A stretch of DNA of 64,000 bases, taken from IMG/VR virus record IMGVR_UViG_3300013426_000017, positions 32,001-96,000 of that record. One strand, 5' to 3'. How positions within the stretch are numbered: the first letter of the stretch is position 1; every line of letters starts with the position of its first letter. The DNA comes from a virus (lineage: Duplodnaviria > Caudoviricetes). Position numbers and translations under genes: made by a program. The notes beneath the pieces are model-generated. The model was not told where the DNA came from, searched no databases, and saw nothing but the letters and a program-made list of their open reading frames with translations. Shown here one piece after another: positions 20,975 to 30,259 of the stretch.

Positions 20975-21048
20975 TGCTCGGTAGTGTAAAGGTAGCATAT
21001 CGGATTCATGCTCCGAAGATTTGGGTTCGATCCCCAACTGAGCAACCA
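20975..21048 (+). tRNA. tRNA with CAT anticodon (Met or Ile2; atypical body)
   Basis: TCGGA-TTCATGC-TCCGA anticodon arm; TGCTCGG/CTGAGCA acceptor; ACCA end. Confidence 0.8.
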
Positions 21049-21243
21049 GCGCTTTGGGCGCCCAAGACCGCCGTTCGGGGAACCTAAAATGTATTGTGAA
21101 ATGGATTTAGGCTGGCGTAATATCCTACCCTTTCTATATATTTAGTAAATATATGGAACAAAAACTATTAATTGTGAGGAGTTTTTACACCTGAGCCAAG
21201 TAATTGGTTTTGTTTTTTACCTCACAATTTTTTATTTAGATAT

Positions 21244-21334
21244 GCCCGATTACCCAAGTGGTTGAAGGGGTCCGCTTGCTAAGCGGATAGGGGTCGTAAG
21301 ACCCGCCGAGATTCGAATTCTCGATCGGGCGCCA
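21244..21334 (+). tRNA. trnS: tRNA-Ser(GCT)
   Basis: TCCGC-TTGCTAA-GCGGA arm, long V-arm, G73, GCCA end. Confidence 0.9.
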
Positions 21335-21355
21335 TAAATCCAAAAGGAGAACAAA

Positions 21356-22387
21356 ATGGAAAAGAATTTATCTATTATAATTCCCGTATATAATGGTGAG
21401 AAATATATTGGAACCGCATTGAGTTCCCTCGTAGATGCAAAGAATTTTCTCAAGGAGGTCATTATTGGTTGTGACCACTGCACCGATGGAACCAAGAGTG
21501 TAGCTGAGAAATTTGCTGAGACATTACCTATTAAGATTGTTGACGTGGCGCTGGACCTGCCTAATGGCCCCGGCAACGCTAGACAAGCGGGTCTTGATGT
21601 GGCGACTGGCGAATGGGTTGGTTTTCTTGATGTTGATGATGTTATTCCTACTGGCACTGTGCAGGCTGTAGCGCATACTATAGACGAGGTTGAGAAGAAG
21701 GTTGCTGAAGCTAAGATTGAAATTCCTATGATTATTGGTAATTTCACTGAGCGTAATGGGCTCACTGGTGAGACTGGTTTTGTCCATAAGAATGATAGCA
21801 CTTGGGTGCATGGCAAGTGGTATAATCGTAAGTTCCTCGTTGATAAAAATATACGATTTGACACTGAGTTGTATACTCATGAGGATGTATATTTTAATAA
21901 TCTTGTAGTTTCTCATATCATCGGTTGCGGCGGCTCCTATTGCACCATGGATCAGAATACTTACTTTTGGAATCAAAACATAGGTTCCATGACTAGCTCC
22001 CCTCGCTATACCGAGGAAAATTTTGCAGATTACGCATTTAGTGTCATGGAAGCGGGCTTGGCGATGCGTGAAAAATACCCCGCCAAGAAGAGTGAGTATC
22101 TCAAGATATTGTTGAATAACTATTGTCTGATGTATTTGTATTATATGAATTTCTTGTATTATCATCCTGAAGATATTAATCCTGAGATTAAAAATATCAT
22201 GAATGATTATTATCAGAGAATTTGCAATACATATAACGCGAAGACTGGGGACATTTGGGCATATTATAAAAATATGGTTGCTCAGTATCCCGCCTGGAAG
22301 GAAAATGTGGCACGTTCCTATCGTCCATTCTTTGAGAAGTGGACATTGGAAGATTTCTTATTCGATAAGGTTTGGGTTGGTGATTAA
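21356..22387 (+). CDS. Glycosyltransferase family 2
   Basis: LSIIIPVYN, DHCTDGT, GPGNARQAGLDVATGEWVGFLDVDD, HED. Confidence 0.92.
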   Translation: MEKNLSIIIPVYNGEKYIGTALSSLVDAKNFLKEVIIGCDHCTDGTKSVAEKFAETLPIKIVDVALDLPNGPGNARQAGLDVATGEWVGFLDVDDVIPTGTVQAVAHTIDEVEKKVAEAKIEIPMIIGNFTERNGLTGETGFVHKNDSTWVHGKWYNRKFLVDKNIRFDTELYTHEDVYFNNLVVSHIIGCGGSYCTMDQNTYFWNQNIGSMTSSPRYTEENFADYAFSVMEAGLAMREKYPAKKSEYLKILLNNYCLMYLYYMNFLYYHPEDINPEIKNIMNDYYQRICNTYNAKTGDIWAYYKNMVAQYPAWKENVARSYRPFFEKWTLEDFLFDKVWVGD

Positions 22388-22403
22388 TCATCAACCCTGA
22401 TAT

Positions 22404-22566
22404 CCGGGTGTAGCGCAGTTGGTAGCGCGCCTGATTTGGTAAAATGGCAGAATGGGATTGCTTGAGGGGTTCGCCTTGAGGTCAGTTGAATCTGTTGCAA
22501 GTTCGAATCTTGCTTTTACCACTAGGGTTCAGGAAGCCGGGGGTTCAAGTCCCTCCACTCGGACCA
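22404..22566 (+). tRNA. trnP: tRNA-Pro(TGG) interrupted in the anticodon by an 87-nt tRNA-like insert (exons 22404-22437 and 22525-22566)
   Basis: Removing 22438-22524 gives a canonical tRNA-Pro: CCGGGTG/CACTCGG acceptor, CCTGA-TTTGGGT-TCAGG arm, GGGGG-TTCAAGT-CCCTC, ACCA. Confidence 0.85.
22438..22524 (+). tRNA. Nested degenerate long-V-arm tRNA-like element (no canonical anticodon)
   Basis: Perfect GGTAAAA/TTTTACC acceptor, GCA/TGC D stem, GCAAG-TTCGAAT-CTTGC T arm, ends ACTA; anticodon loop is non-canonical. Confidence 0.75.
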
Positions 22567-22569
22567 TAT

Positions 22570-22644
22570 AGCCTCGTCGTATAAAAGTGAGTATGCTGGG
22601 CTTTGAACCCAGAGGAGGTGGAGCGTTACCACCCGAGGCTGCCA
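22570..22644 (+). tRNA. trnQ: tRNA-Gln(TTG)
   Basis: CTGGG-CTTTGAA-CCCAG arm; AGCCTCG/CGAGGCT acceptor; G73; atypical T-loop AGCGTTA. Confidence 0.8.
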
Positions 22645-22839
22645 CTATAGCCTATATAGGGCTGTATACATTCATTTTTGTTCTCCAATTTCAAGAAATA
22701 GTGTGGTTAATCGCCACACTATTTTTTTATGCCATGGCGCCGGCTCGCTTTGAGTTCTCATCACCTAGCCATGATGCGCATCAAGGCACGGTTCGCGCCA
22801 CGCCGTTTTCCCCTTGAATCGCGCTATAGGAATTTTTTT

Positions 22840-22886
22840 GGACAAAAGAGGCTCATAGAACATGATTTATTTTCAAAAATACTAGA
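22840..22886 (+). promoter_or_regulatory. Candidate second (late/phage-specific) promoter class GGNCAAAA-N24-TT(C/T)A
   Basis: Same motif and 31-32-nt offset at 22840, 28834, 47890, 52975, 58557 and on the minus strand at 2528. Confidence 0.55.
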
Positions 22887-22932
22887 AAGGGTTATTTCTA
22901 TAGCCCAAAAGATTAAAGGAGGTTAATACGTT

Positions 22933-23199
22933 ATGTATGGTATGACACGAGAACATAATGAGCGCGTTTATGGTTTAAAGCAATTCGTGGTAGATACTGA
23001 AAGCGAAATCGCCACATTGCCTACTGTTGATCCTACATTAGTGCCCGGCAGCACAGCGTTTGTTATAGCTACATCTAACACATATATGTTGAACAATCAA
23101 CGTTCTTGGGTTAAATTAGCTCGTAGCTCATCCGGTTCTGACACTCCTGATCCTAGCACCGATAATACCTACATTTGGGATGGCGGTAGTATTGGTTAA
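22933..23199 (+). CDS. Small virion/fibre-associated protein ending in a DGG motif
   Basis: PGSTAFVIATSNTYML...W pattern; C-terminus YIWDGGSIG. Confidence 0.65.
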   Translation: MYGMTREHNERVYGLKQFVVDTESEIATLPTVDPTLVPGSTAFVIATSNTYMLNNQRSWVKLARSSSGSDTPDPSTDNTYIWDGGSIG

Positions 23200-23216
23200 A
23201 GAAAGGAGTTGAGATA

Positions 23217-24467
23217 ATGGCTGATGTATATATGAAATCTAAATTCTATTTCAAACGTGGTGATTCCTCGGCTTGGACAGAACAAAATTTGGTTCTTGGC
23301 CCAGGTGAACCAGGATTTGAATTAGATACCGGAAAATTAAAAGTTGGTAATGGCACAACACCTTGGAATGAATTACCTTATATCACTGATAATATAACTC
23401 TTCCCGCTGACGTTGTTAAATATTTGGGTTCGGTAGGCGTATTGCCTGAAACCGCTATTGAAGGCGAGATATGCGAAGTAGATGATATGTTCTATATTTA
23501 TAGTGGTGGTCAGTGGAAACAAATAGGGGGCGGCGCCAAACCTGGCACTGTAGAAGTAATTAAAATTCGTGATGATGGCACCTCTAATCCAATTGTTGAA
23601 TCGAATGGTATTAAATATAATTCTATAGAAGATGCTCTTGCTAATATAAGCGACGGCGATTTAATTATTATTCCTGCTAATTTTAATTCTGTGATTAAAA
23701 TACCAACAAACACAAATGCAGGCATTGAATTAAAAAATATTAATATTAAGAATGATAAAGAAACGCCTTTAACTAATGGATATCAATCTACTCTTACTGT
23801 AAGCGGCACAGGCACTATGGAATGCCAAAAGCATGGTAATCCTACGGTTATGAATAGTGGAAATATGTATATTGCTGGAGGAAATTATATACGAACATTA
23901 GATTCTAAAGATAATGGTTATTATACAATCGTTAATCATGGCAATATGACATTTACTGGCGGGTTGGTGAGTTGTGATAAAGCATATTCTAGTCTAATTG
24001 AAAATGGTTATTGGGATTATTCCAATAGCGATCCTGCAAAAGGATTTGTGACTGGTCAAAATGAAGCGACTCCTAAACTAGTTATTAATGATGGAACATT
24101 TTTAGGTGGATTGTATGTTGTCAAAAATGATGATAATGGTTAGGTTGAAATTAATGGTGGTAATTTTTATGGAACAATCTATACTTGTGGTAAATTGCTA
24201 ACTATTAATGGAGGTAATTTTAATTGTGATAATTACTATAATTTACGAGCAAGAAAATTAAACGATAATATTAATATTGCTGATGTCGTAATTACCGGTG
24301 GCACCTTTTATTGTTCTACACCAAGATTTAATATTCTTGTGGAGCAAGAGGCCAATGTGATTATCAGAGGTGGCAAATTTAATTGCGAAGTACCTACTGC
24401 TTTATTAGCTGAAGGCTATCAATCTCAATTGGTAAATGATTATTATGAAGTAAGTGCAATCGGATAA
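23217..24467 (+). CDS. Fibre/adhesin protein, Mtd-N-like N-terminus plus beta-helix (416 aa, 1 TAG)
   Basis: Track ORFs 23217-24143 and 24195-24467 are in frame and joined across TAG 24141. RG..W...GE.G..DT.K.KVGNG..W..LPY N-terminus; INGG.F repeats. Confidence 0.8.
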
Positions 24468-24478
24468 GGAGGAGCGCA

Positions 24479-24817
24479 ATGGCTTTCAATGTAGTGTATA
24501 GCGACAAAGACCGTATCCAAGGCGCCATTGAAAGTGGCGTTATTCCTCGTGAGAGTCTAGTATTAACTAGTGATGACGCAAAACGGTCTGAAATGTATTA
24601 CTATGACGATAATGGTCAATTAAAGACTATTACCAAAAAAACCCAATTTAATTCTATGGTTGGAGCACGAACCTGGGCTAATAAATATGATTATATCGGG
24701 GAAGTGATTTCAATTAACATAGATGGTCAATGGGCCCCCTATTTAGTCGATGATAATAATGATTTTGTCTGTTTAAAAGACGAAGGATATGAAATCGTCG
24801 ATGGCGGCGACCCCTAA
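24479..24817 (+). CDS. Virion-associated protein ending in a DGG motif
   Basis: RBS AAGGAGG; C-terminus EIVDGGDP. Confidence 0.7.
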   Translation: MAFNVVYSDKDRIQGAIESGVIPRESLVLTSDDAKRSEMYYYDDNGQLKTITKKTQFNSMVGARTWANKYDYIGEVISINIDGQWAPYLVDDNNDFVCLKDEGYEIVDGGDP

Positions 24818-24842
24818 TATTTTTTAAGGAGGAAAAATATTT

Positions 24843-26087
24843 ATGGCTAACAAAACTTTAACCACCCAGATTATCTTGCGCAATGGCACGACCGCTGAAT
24901 GGGAAGCTAGCACCAAGATACTCAAGAAGGGTGAGGTTGGTATTGATACCACAAAAAATGAAATTCGCATTGGCGATGGCGAGCATACTTGGAAAGATTT
25001 AAAAATCGCCGGCGCCGATCAAGCTGCTATTCAGGCTTTGATTGATAAAGCAGAAGATAAAGTTTCCGTATTATTGGTTGAGGATAATGAAACTGATACT
25101 GAGATGCTCGCTACCGTTGCTAATCCTGCGCAAGGAGATATGGCTATAGTTGAGCGTGCAGTAGCTACAGGCTCAAAAGTCAACAGTCACACAGCTTATG
25201 CCTATGATGGTGAGAAATGGTGCGCGATGGATGGCAACTACAATGCTAAGAATGTTTATTTTGATGATGACTTTACCTATACTAATGCGATTGGCGCGAT
25301 TGGTGCCCCATCCGGCGGTTCTGGCACTCTCGCAGCATCGGGTAAGAGCGTTGAAGAGTTTATGGCTAGCATCTTGGCAAAGGAGGCTAACCCCGCCACA
25401 ACTCTGCCTGCCGCATCTGTGGAGATTACTAGCGGCAGCGGCACATTTGAAATCGGCACTCATAAGAATATTTCATATTCGGCATCTTTGTCTACTGGCT
25501 CCTACACTTATGGTCCTGCCACTGGTGTTGTTGCCGGCACTATAACCGCTAGTTTCGATGGTAAGACTAAAGATGGCGCTACTGGCACTTTTGAAAACGT
25601 TGTTGCTGATGGCACCAAGGAATTGAGTGTTTCTATCACTCACAATGAAGGTGCTGTTCCTAAGACCAATTTGGGTAATGCCTATGCAACTGGTAAGATT
25701 GCTGCTGGCACTAAGACTGCTACGGCATCTGCTAAGCTCGTTGGCGTTCGCCACATGTTCTATGGTCCTATGACCACTGACGCAGAACTCAATAGTGAAA
25801 ATATCCGTAAGCTCAGCCATGAGGAAGCAAGTAAGAAAACTATTACTACATTTGGCGCAGGCGCTGGCGCAGTGAAGGTTGTTGTTGCTGTTCCTACTAG
25901 CATGTCGGTTACTCAGGTGCTCATGCCTAGTGCAATGAACGCAGACGCAACGGCTAGCTTCGTCAAGCAGGCTGGTAGTATTCAGGTTGAGGGTGCTGAG
26001 AGCTTTACCGCTGCGGCCTACAATGTTTGGGTCTACAAGCCCGCATCTATTGATAGCACTGAAAAATATGCTGTCACAATTGGTTAA
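24843..26087 (+). CDS. Fibre protein with Mtd-N-like N-terminus
   Basis: IILRNGTTAEW...LKKGEVGIDT...IGDGEHTWKDL; Thr/Gly/Ala-rich beta-strand body. Confidence 0.8.
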   Translation: MANKTLTTQIILRNGTTAEWEASTKILKKGEVGIDTTKNEIRIGDGEHTWKDLKIAGADQAAIQALIDKAEDKVSVLLVEDNETDTEMLATVANPAQGDMAIVERAVATGSKVNSHTAYAYDGEKWCAMDGNYNAKNVYFDDDFTYTNAIGAIGAPSGGSGTLAASGKSVEEFMASILAKEANPATTLPAASVEITSGSGTFEIGTHKNISYSASLSTGSYTYGPATGVVAGTITASFDGKTKDGATGTFENVVADGTKELSVSITHNEGAVPKTNLGNAYATGKIAAGTKTATASAKLVGVRHMFYGPMTTDAELNSENIRKLSHEEASKKTITTFGAGAGAVKVVVAVPTSMSVTQVLMPSAMNADATASFVKQAGSIQVEGAESFTAAAYNVWVYKPASIDSTEKYAVTIG

Positions 26088-26108
26088 TAAAAGGGGAGGA
26101 TAAATAAT

Positions 26109-28781
26109 ATGGCTACTATTTTAAATAATGCTGCCTATATGGCACTTCCTATGAATATCAAACGCGGCAATCCTATTCCTCTCGATACGACTGCTGTATG
26201 GTATAATAAAACAGAATTAGAAACTTATGCCGCATCTGGCGCTACTGCTTATGTTGGTCAAGTTCTGACATTAGTTGCTGATGGCAAGTGCGAAGCTTAC
26301 ATGATTAGCAATGAGAATGGCGATCTTGTTAAATTGGCACAAACCACCGCATCTGGCGACCTTGCATCTGATGTAGCAAATTTACAAACTCAAGTAGGTA
26401 ATCTCACAAAAGCTGTTGGCGCGGCCGCTGAAGGCGAGAATGAGGCTACCGGTCTATATAAGTTAATTGCTGATGTTGAGGCAGTGGCGAAGGCCCGCCT
26501 CGAGAGCATTGAAGCTGGCGATGCAAGCGTCACTATAGCTGGCAGCGCCACCAAGCCTAGCGTAGCAGTTAAGATTTCTGAAGCAGAAGGCAATGCGCTG
26601 TCCCTTGCAACTGATGGTCTCAAGGTTGAAATTCCCGATGTCAAGGTTCCTGTTTATAGCTTGGTTAAAGATGGCGAAGCTGCTGAAGGCGACGTCGCCA
26701 CATACCATTTAACCAAGGATGGCGTAAATGAAGGCGTAGCAATCAATATTCCCAAAGACTTGGTTGTTGCATCTGGTTCGGTTGTTGAACTCGCTGATGG
26801 CAATCTCCCTGAAGGCGTTGAAACTGCTGGCACCTACATTCAGTTGAATCTCGCCAATAGCACCAAGCCCATTTATGTCAACGTTGGCTCCCTAATTGAG
26901 TATGTCACTGGCGGTTCGGGCGCAGATGACGCCATCCAAGTCAACGTCTCTAGTGATACTCACAAGGTAACCGCTAGTGTCAAGGATGGTTCTCTCACTA
27001 AAGAAATGCTTACTGAGGGTATTGTTGTATCTCTTGATAAGGCCGATAGTGCAGTTCAGAAGGTTGTTTCTGGCTCCAATAATGGCACCATTAGTGTTGA
27101 TGGCGCAGAAGTTGTAGTTGCTGGTCTCAAGAATGCGGCATTCGCCACTGTTGAGTCTATAAATGAAACTGCTCAGGGTTATGTTGATACCGCTAAGGCA
27201 GCATTGGAAGGCAAGGTGGGCGACGAGGCTAGTGCGGCAACAATCGCCGGTGCCAAGAAGTATGCTGATGATGCGGTCGCCACAGTTAAGACCAATCTCG
27301 AGGGGCAGCTCTCCAATAAGGTTGCAGACCTCAAGAATGACGATGTGGCAGTTGATAACCAATTTGTTACCGCAGTCAAGGAAGCAAATGGTATTGTAAC
27401 TGTTGAGCGCAAGGCCCTCGGTGCGGATGACATTCCTGAGCTTGGCGTAAGTAAGATTACTGGCCTGCAGGGTTTGCTCGATGGTAAGCAAGATAACTTA
27501 ACATTTGATGGCTCCTATAAAGCAGGTGTTAATAATGCTGCTACTGTATCCACTGTTAATGCAGCTAAGACCGCATTGATTGGCGACGCAGATGCTGAAA
27601 CCACTGATGGCAATACTATTGCTGATGTTCGTCGTTATGTCGATGCCAAGACTAAGGGTATTGCATCTGATGTAAAGCTTTCTGAGCTAAGCGATAAGGT
27701 CACCGCTAACTCCACTAGTATTAAAGACATTCAGGATTCTTTGGCGGATGGCGGTTCTGTTTCTAACAAGATTGCTGACGCTAAAAAGGCGGGCACTGAT
27801 GCCGCAGCCGCTGTAACCACTCTTGAAAATGGCAAAGTTAAGGATAATGCTGATGCGATTGATGCTATCAACAATGCCGAAACTGGTATTTTAAAGCAGG
27901 CTAAGGATTATGCTGATGGTAAGGATGCCGCAATCTCCAATGCTAAGAAAGCTGGCGATGATGCCGCCGCTGCAGTCAAGGCACTTGAGGATGGTCAAGT
28001 AAAGACTAATACCGATGCAATTAGCGCTATCAATACCAAGCTTGGCGCAATCCCTGCTGATAAGACGGTGGCAGAAGCGATTGAGGACGCTAAGACTGCA
28101 GCTACCTATGATGATACAGCGTTGTCTAATCGCGTAAAGGCTGTTGAAGATGATTATCTCAAGGGTGCTGATAAGACCGAGCTCGAAGGCAAAATTACCA
28201 CTGAGAAAGAGCGTTTGGACGCATTCTTGAACGCTGCTGAAGTTGGCGATGCCGCAGTAGATACCTTGAAAGAAATTCAGGACTATATTACTACTCATGG
28301 CGAAGCCGCCGATGAAATGGTCAAGAATATTGCTGCCAATAAGACTGCGATTGAGACCGAAGCATCGACCGCACGCGCCAATGAGCAGACATTAACCAAC
28401 GCTATTACCAAGTTGAATGGCGCGGCTAACATCGAAGGTTCTGTTTCTAATAAGATTGAGGCTAGAATTACTGACCTCCAGCTTAATGATACCTACGTCA
28501 AGAAGGAATTGGATAAACGCTTAATGTCCAACAGTGAGGGTAGTAAGCTCGCCGATATTGCTAAAGGCGCACAAGTCAACGTTATTGAGACTGTTAAAGT
28601 CAATGGCGCGGCACTTGATGTTGCAGATAAGGCTGTTGATATTGCGGTTCCTGTAGCAGACGATACTAGTATTGCAATTACTGAGAATAAGATTGGCGTT
28701 AAAGCTGTCGATGTTCAAAAGTTATTCATTGCTGAGGGCGATGTATTGATAATTGATGGCGGTAATGCTAATAGTTTCTAA
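26109..28781 (+). CDS. Long fibre protein (coiled-coil and beta repeats)
   Basis: 890 aa; AK.YAD repeats, DTLKEI motif, C-terminus LIIDGGNANSF. Confidence 0.85.
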   Translation: MATILNNAAYMALPMNIKRGNPIPLDTTAVWYNKTELETYAASGATAYVGQVLTLVADGKCEAYMISNENGDLVKLAQTTASGDLASDVANLQTQVGNLTKAVGAAAEGENEATGLYKLIADVEAVAKARLESIEAGDASVTIAGSATKPSVAVKISEAEGNALSLATDGLKVEIPDVKVPVYSLVKDGEAAEGDVATYHLTKDGVNEGVAINIPKDLVVASGSVVELADGNLPEGVETAGTYIQLNLANSTKPIYVNVGSLIEYVTGGSGADDAIQVNVSSDTHKVTASVKDGSLTKEMLTEGIVVSLDKADSAVQKVVSGSNNGTISVDGAEVVVAGLKNAAFATVESINETAQGYVDTAKAALEGKVGDEASAATIAGAKKYADDAVATVKTNLEGQLSNKVADLKNDDVAVDNQFVTAVKEANGIVTVERKALGADDIPELGVSKITGLQGLLDGKQDNLTFDGSYKAGVNNAATVSTVNAAKTALIGDADAETTDGNTIADVRRYVDAKTKGIASDVKLSELSDKVTANSTSIKDIQDSLADGGSVSNKIADAKKAGTDAAAAVTTLENGKVKDNADAIDAINNAETGILKQAKDYADGKDAAISNAKKAGDDAAAAVKALEDGQVKTNTDAISAINTKLGAIPADKTVAEAIEDAKTAATYDDTALSNRVKAVEDDYLKGADKTELEGKITTEKERLDAFLNAAEVGDAAVDTLKEIQDYITTHGEAADEMVKNIAANKTAIETEASTARANEQTLTNAITKLNGAANIEGSVSNKIEARITDLQLNDTYVKKELDKRLMSNSEGSKLADIAKGAQVNVIETVKVNGAALDVADKAVDIAVPVADDTSIAITENKIGVKAVDVQKLFIAEGDVLIIDGGNANSF

Positions 28782-28793
28782 TAGATAATTAAT

Positions 28794-28833
28794 AAGGGTT
28801 AGGCTCGTGGAGTCTAACCCTATTTTTTATTTT
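28794..28833 (+). terminator. Intrinsic terminator
   Basis: AGGGTTAGGCTC-gtg-GAGTCTAACCCT followed by a T run. Confidence 0.8.
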
Positions 28834-28948
28834 GGGCAAAAATAGTTAGTCCCACAATTTAATTTTTCATAATTAGATGAAATAAAAATTTAAATAATTG
28901 AGTATCGAATCATGTGTTCGGTATTTGATTAAAGAAAGGGAGTTAATT

Positions 28949-29998
28949 ATGGCAAATAAAACATTATTAGCGCAAATTAAATAGCGTAGCGATACCGCCA
29001 CTAACTGGACGACCGCAGATCCGGTAATTGGCGATGGTGAAATTATTATTGTAGAAACAAGTGCTGGCGAGAAACGATTCAAAGTCGGCGATGGGGAGAA
29101 GACATTTACACAACTCCCTTATGCGGATGAGAACATACTTAGTAAAATAAAGAATTATACTGCTGGCGATGGAATTAGTATCAGCAATGAGGGCGTTATT
29201 AGTTCTACTGGTGGTAGTGGTAGTAGTGATGTGTTTGTTATTGAAATAGATGATGACAGTGAAAATATTACTACTTCATTCGATGATATAAAAAATGCTA
29301 TACAAAATCATCTTGGCTTAATATCAAATTTTGGTAGTGGCACAGCATTATTGGTTGGAAGCTATATTAGTGATGCTACTACCGATCATGATGAATATAT
29401 TGAATTGATTTGTCCATTAGGAATTGGATATATAGTATATGTGTTACTTCGAGCCCCAGGATCAACTACCGTTAATCAATCGCATGAACGATTTAGTACG
29501 CCTTATGCAAGCTGGTACAATCCACCTGCATCTGGCGCTGCTTATTGGAATGCTACCAATAAAAAATGGGAAATAAAAGATATTGTATCTGGTAGTGATA
29601 CGTTTTATTTGGAGATGGAAATAGATGGCAATGGTAATATCACTAGTTTATCAAAGACATTTGCAGAAATTCAATCGGCGGTTGAATCTAATAAAATTAT
29701 GATGGTTATTGTCGCTGGTGAAGGAAGATTTTCTACATCAGCATGTGCAAGTAATTCAAGTGTGATTTTAATTTATACAACATGGATTGACGACGGAAAA
29801 AGGTTGTTATTTAATATTAATAATGACAATACCGGTAATTATCAATGGGTATCTATTTACACAGCAGGCAACGGTATCTCAATATCTAACAATGGCACTA
29901 TCTCAGTAACCGCATCTAAAATATATTCTGGAACAAGCAATGCGCCGAGCGCCGACTTAGGCGAGAATGGCGATATCTATATACAAACGGAGGGTTGA
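28949..29998 (+). CDS. Fibre protein with Mtd-N-like N-terminus (349 aa, TAG at codon 12)
   Basis: MANKTLLAQIK(Q)RSDTATNW...GE...FKVGDG..TFTQLPY is in frame with track ORF 29231; RBS AAAGGGAG. Confidence 0.85.
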
Positions 29999-30001
29999 TA
30001 A

Positions 30002-30259
30002 ATGGATGAATTAGCAACATTGACTTACAAAGACTTCTCGGCAGGCTATACTGCTGGAGATGGCATGGCGATTCTTGACTCTGATACCACAGTTGACGAA
30101 CTCATAAGCTGGGTATTCAGCGATAAACCCCTCTGGTTCTATGATGGAATTAAATACCGCTTAGTAATCCATTTCCAAGCTCTTGAAGATGGGGGTATTA
30201 TATATTACTTTGATGATGAGGGTAATATTGTCAATCATCAATTTGGTGGTGAGAGCTAA
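30002..30259 (+). CDS. Hypothetical protein
   Basis: RBS GGAGG; operonic position. Confidence 0.7.
   Translation: MDELATLTYKDFSAGYTAGDGMAILDSDTTVDELISWVFSDKPLWFYDGIKYRLVIHFQALEDGGIIYYFDDEGNIVNHQFGGES

Noticed and set aside
22438-22524. Group I or archaeal bulge-helix-bulge intron explanation for the tRNA inserts
   Set aside because: Too short for a ribozyme, no terminal G, and no clear bulge-helix-bulge; the inserts fold as tRNAs.
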